Translations under genes and position numbers: made by a program | Part shown: piece by piece, positions 59,623-64,000 of the stretch | Position numbering within the stretch: position 1 is the stretch's first letter | How the letters are laid out: each line of letters begins with the position of its first letter | Notes under the pieces: model-generated | Database searches by the model: none | The model's input: the letters and a program-made list of their open reading frames with translations, nothing else | Told to the model about the DNA's origin: nothing | Assembly (NCBI GenBank): GCA_010405405.1 | Contig: MU004236.1 | Coordinates: forward strand, 1,742,070 to 1,806,069 | Direction of reading: 5' to 3' | DNA: 64,000 nucleotides | Source of the DNA: Microthyrium microscopicum | Taxonomy: Eukaryota

Positions 59623-62600
59623 TTATTGCTTCGAATATAATGATAATCTATTACCGGCGCCACATAGTTCTCCGGCTCCCGCACATTTGAAATCACAATC
59701 AGACTCTGCAGCTATCGACGTCGTGTAGGCAAAGCTGTTGGCGCAGTAGCATTCTTGACCATACTCAGTGCCAAAGTAGTTATAAGACTCACAAAATTCG
59801 GCGCAAGACTCCACAGTCATAGCTGAGCTGTCATAGTAGAATGTTGCATTGAGCAATCGGCTGCCTGCAGAATCTGGATAGCAGCCAGCGTATGTGTATC
59901 CAGGGATGGTTGGGTTGACTGGTGTCGTTGGAATCACTGCATCGATGAGCTCAAACATGCTAAGCCTATTGCCTGCCCCGCAAGTCTCTGAGACATTTGC
60001 AACACAAGCCATGTTGCAATCTGTATCAGGCTCTATCGTTGTAGGATTGGCGAAACTGTTCCCACAGTAGCACTCTGCCGCATACTCCAAGCCGTAATAA
60101 GTAAACGAACTGGAGCTACAGAATTGCTCACAAACTTCATGAGTCATAGTGTTACCACCTGTGTAGCTTCCTTGTAGTACTCGATTGCTTACAGTATCGG
60201 AGTAACAACCCGTATAACGGTATCCTCCCGCAGTGGTCGGCCGTTCGTAAAGACTGAGACGACTTCCGGATCCACACAGGTTTGTCTGATTTCCGGAACA
60301 GCTCATTGAGCAATCTGACTCTGGAGCTTGTGTGCTTGCAGCCGCCAAAGAAGCTCCGCAGTAGCACTCTCTTCCATACTCCATACCAAAGTAAGTCGGA
60401 CCCGGTCCACAAAACGCTGCGCAAGTCTCTGGGGTCATAGTGTTGCTCGCTGTTGACGCTCCAGCGAGTGCTCTGGGATTAAGCGGATCCGTGAAGCACC
60501 CCGCGTATTGATATCCGGCTATGGTTGGATTGACTTTGGGCACGTACAGTGCGTTCTTATAGACGCTCAAGCGATTGCCATTTCCACAAGTCTCCTCGAC
60601 TTCGCCTCCACAAGGCATAGAACAGTCGCCTGACCGAGCTGGGCTTCCGGTATTTGTACTGCCACAATAGCATTCAGCGCCGTACTCAAGTCCGAAGAGG
60701 GCGAAACTTGAGCAGTAGGTCGAGCACTTTTCTATGGTTTGTGCCGAGTCTCCACTATAGTCCCCGACAATACTGCGATTTGACGCCGAGTCAACGAAGC
60801 ACCCGAGATAGGTGTATGCTGTAGACGAAGGAGAGGCCGATGAAGTAGCTGAAGTTGCTGTTGCCACTGCGACAGAGGAGGAGGCCGGAATGGCTGATGA
60901 CGTAAGGCCCGACAAAGACGCCAAACCTGACGACGACGGAGAGATCGTCGAGGAGAACACCGAAGAATAGATTGCCGTACTCAAATTTAATGCTGCACTA
61001 TATGTGGCTATAGGTGAACTTGATGTAGTGGATTTGTTGAAGACAGCAGACGTCGATGCTAGAGTTGTACTTGGCATGGAAGATGTGTTGAGGTAGGAAG
61101 ATATTCCACTTGAAGCGGAAGAAATAGAGCTCGACAAAGATGAGCTCGAAATATTCGTAACAAAAGATCCGCAGGTTGCACTCAAGTAATCAAGACCTTG
61201 AAAAGTAATAGATTGCGTAGCTCCGTTTATGTCGAGCCGAACTGAATTTCTTTGGGCTGCCGGAATGGCATAAGTGGCTGAAAATATTAAGTAGGGGCCA
61301 ATTGTGCTGTTTGAAGTCATTGAAACACTTTTGAATGTCAGAGAAGGCACTGGAACTGGTAGTCTTGTAACTGGGATGGTGAGATTTAGAGACGGTGTTG
61401 GGCTAGATGCTGTGGTAAGGACAGCAGCAGTTATTGTGAGAGCCAAATTGCCGGAGGAATCTGGTGTTCCACTAACACAACTTTGAGCACGTTGATATAG
61501 CACCGTATCTTGAACCGGAAAGCCCAGACCATTGTTGTTGTTGATGTGGTTTCCTCCATTACTGAATGTGACAATCACACGGAAGGAAGATATGGATGAG
61601 CTTGCAGGAATTTGAGCTGAGAATCCGTAGAACTAAAGTGCAATAGTCAGTGACTCCGGTTTGGAAACATGAGTATAGGATCTAAAGACGTACCGCAAAA
61701 GTGTTATCAAAACCAGTAGCAGCTCCAGTGAATGCTGTGTTGATGGTGCATCCACTGCATGCGGCACCAGAACGGTCATTGTAAGCCAGTTGAACCGTCG
61801 AAATTTGGTCGAAAGGAGCAGTGGTCGTCAAAATCCGAATCTCCCCACTAAAGATCAAAGAAGTGCCATCGCCGCTTATGGCCAATTGAAGATCTACTGG
61901 CTTGACCTCGTAGACGGTAATGGGATCAGTCAGAGCAACGCCAGTGGGAACTATTTCGATCAATTGCTGAAGAACAGTCGCGCAGGTGCTACGATAAGTT
62001 CCAGGATCCGCCATTTGCTTGATGGTAACATTGTTGTCCGCTCCGAAGATTACTTGGTCAGAGCATCTACCAGACGCATGACAATTTCCGGATAGCAGTG
62101 GATCTTTGCTGGTTCCAGTTGTGTATTCCACTGCTATCTTTTCATCATATGCTCCAGTTGTGCTATCAAAAGTCTGCACATCTCCTGGATATGTGCCAGC
62201 TTTCACAATGAGCGGGAAATCAACGGAATGGACTCCGCCTAAGGAGTGTCCGCAAACGACAAGTTGTATCATCGCCGCATCTGTCGCGAATCCCATACGT
62301 TGGAATTGGTTGCGAAATGTGTCGATCGAGTTTTGAGGTTGTGGTACGCCGGAAGGCCCATGGGCAGTTGCATCAATTCTTCCAGTTCGAATCTGGACAA
62401 TGGGTCCACCGCAAGCTCTGACGGCTGTATATACTCCGAGTGATAGCAAATCGGCTATGGATGATCTCGACGACAGGAAAGGCGCAAGATGAACGAGTGT
62501 AGAATTGAAGGCTGCTCCCACGTTATCGGCTCCGAAGACTCCAGTGAGCTCGAACATTAGAGAAGCATCCATTCCGCCAATGCCCTTGTTGACTCCAACT

Positions 62601-62848
62601 GCACTTCCTGGCGAAGCATCATGAAATGCTGATCGGAGCCATTCTGCAGCGGCATTCCGTCCTGCTCCATCAGCGGAAGATCCGCAGGGAGTTACTGGCC
62701 CCGAGAAAGCACGAGCGCGATATCCTGTATTAAGAAACATTATATCCTCCAATTCGTCGAAGGCAGATGGCCATGTTGGAGCCGTTGAGGCGCGAAACGG
62801 TAACCAGAGAACGCACGAGGCCAGAATCAAAGAGAGTGAGGAAGGCAT
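59623..62848 (-). CDS. Secreted heme peroxidase (peroxidase-catalase superfamily, hybrid-B type) fused to 4 C-terminal WSC domains
   Basis: Signal peptide; distal EWLRSAFHDA, GGMDASL, GRIDAT, proximal CGHSLGGVH; intron 61693..61633 joins TFA|FYGF in frame; Ser/Thr linker then four WSC repeats. Confidence 0.9.
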
Positions 62849-63691
62849 GATTGAACGAGTGACTTGAGTTAGAAGTGAAAACTAAAATTCTTCAGAGAGT
62901 GAATATACCCATCATGACTATTTTCTACTAAGAATAGAGATAATCATGAACGAGCGTGCATCACGACAACAGGAGATAAAAATCTGGATTTTGAGTTAAG
63001 TCGGACCAACTCCGTAGTGCGAATTGCTAACATGGCGTGCATGGCTAGAGTATCCGTAGCGCGTGCGACACTGCCTGCGATGGGAACGGCGACTATGTTG
63101 AAATCAGAAACGACATATGGCTATCTCCCCTTAATGCTTCATGTTGGCCAGAACCCATTCGTGGAGTTTTTGAAATTGTCAACTTACAGGGGGGAGATAG
63201 GCGTTGCCAAAAATGGACAATGGACAAGCCGAGAAGAATCCCATGAAGAGTGCAGTAGGTATTTGAGATGTGGTCGTGAACATGGCTTGCGTTGAAGGTG
63301 AGGTTGGACCCAGGGGTTGGCACTAATCGCTAGCGTCACACTAAGCCTTGCTTTTTTTGTGGCCCGGGCATTTCCACTTCACCAACTGGCAACCACCAGG
63401 TTGACCGTACCACGTTCGACATCCGGTCTAAACTTGTAGGTTGCAACCAATATTATTGTGCGCACAAGACCAATCTGGCATCATTTTATTCATGTTCTTG
63501 GAATCCTCCATTCTACCAAGACTTCATGGATCCAACGCTTGACTGGAGAATCAATTATCATCCCTTATCATCCTTGACATTAATAGGTACTCTCGTCGTA
63601 GAGTTCCTCCAGTAGTATCCGTATTATATGTCCACCCAATGAGAACCCGGATGACGCCCTTTCCGTCCAAGTGATAACGAATGGAAAGAGC

Positions 63692-64000
63692 TCAACTGCA
63701 CTTGCCTTGCTGCCACATTTTTACCGATTTCACAATCATTCCGGAATCTGAACCTTTTCCCCAGGTTGGGTACCATTGATCTTTGGCTAGAAACTTGTTA
63801 GGCCTGAGCATGATACTGGGATCGATGAAAGTCTGAAATACCTTTGTAAAAGTCTGCGCCTGCAGTAGTTCCATCATCAACCCAAGGCTTTGATCCAGTA
63901 CCGTCTCTGCCAAGCATTGATTAGTATGTACATAAGTTGCACGTCCGAGGTAGCTGTTGACTTACGGGAAGTACCCATTGCGGCCTCCAACTGCAACATT
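63692..64000 (-). CDS. GH16 beta-1,3-glucanase / glucan-binding protein, C-terminal exons (5' end outside window)
   Basis: Spliced reading NVAVGGRNGYFP|DGTGSKPWVDD...DFYK|AKDQWYPTWG...MIVKSVKMWQQGKC, the typical fungal GH16 (GNBP/laminarinase-like) C-terminus. Confidence 0.82.

Noticed and set aside
1..64000. tRNA, rRNA or CRISPR features
   Set aside because: None recognised by eye; a tRNAscan-SE/Infernal run would be needed to exclude small RNA genes.

Overview
Eukaryotic DNA from a filamentous ascomycete (short GT-AG introns with CTAAC/CTGAC branch points; a RIP-mutated transposon), so most ORF-track entries are exon fragments or antisense shadows. About 20 protein genes can be reconstructed: the 3' end of a Cu-transporting P1B ATPase, a tandem array of APH/protein-kinase-like phosphotransferase genes (two near-intact copies plus a decayed third fragment), nitronate monooxygenase, MFS transporter, FAD/BBE oxidoreductase, tyrosinase, aldo-keto reductase, F-box protein, Zn2Cys6 TF, Rua1/Meu26-like regulator, DUF4097-like protein, SEN15, ING-family PHD protein, QIP/Gfd2-like DEDDh nuclease, and a co-oriented GH16 + WSC-heme-peroxidase + WSC-copper-radical-oxidase trio. 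There is also a RIP-destroyed piggyBac-like element and a 100-bp TA-flanked palindrome. The two best leads are (i) the APH-kinase array, whose long reading frames are interrupted by single in-frame stop codons while catalytic motifs stay intact (a candidate for stop-codon-gated expression by A-to-I editing/readthrough, or alternatively decay), and (ii) the putative glucan-tethered H2O2-producing/H2O2-consuming oxidase-peroxidase-glucanase cluster. All annotation was done by eye; no database searches were run.
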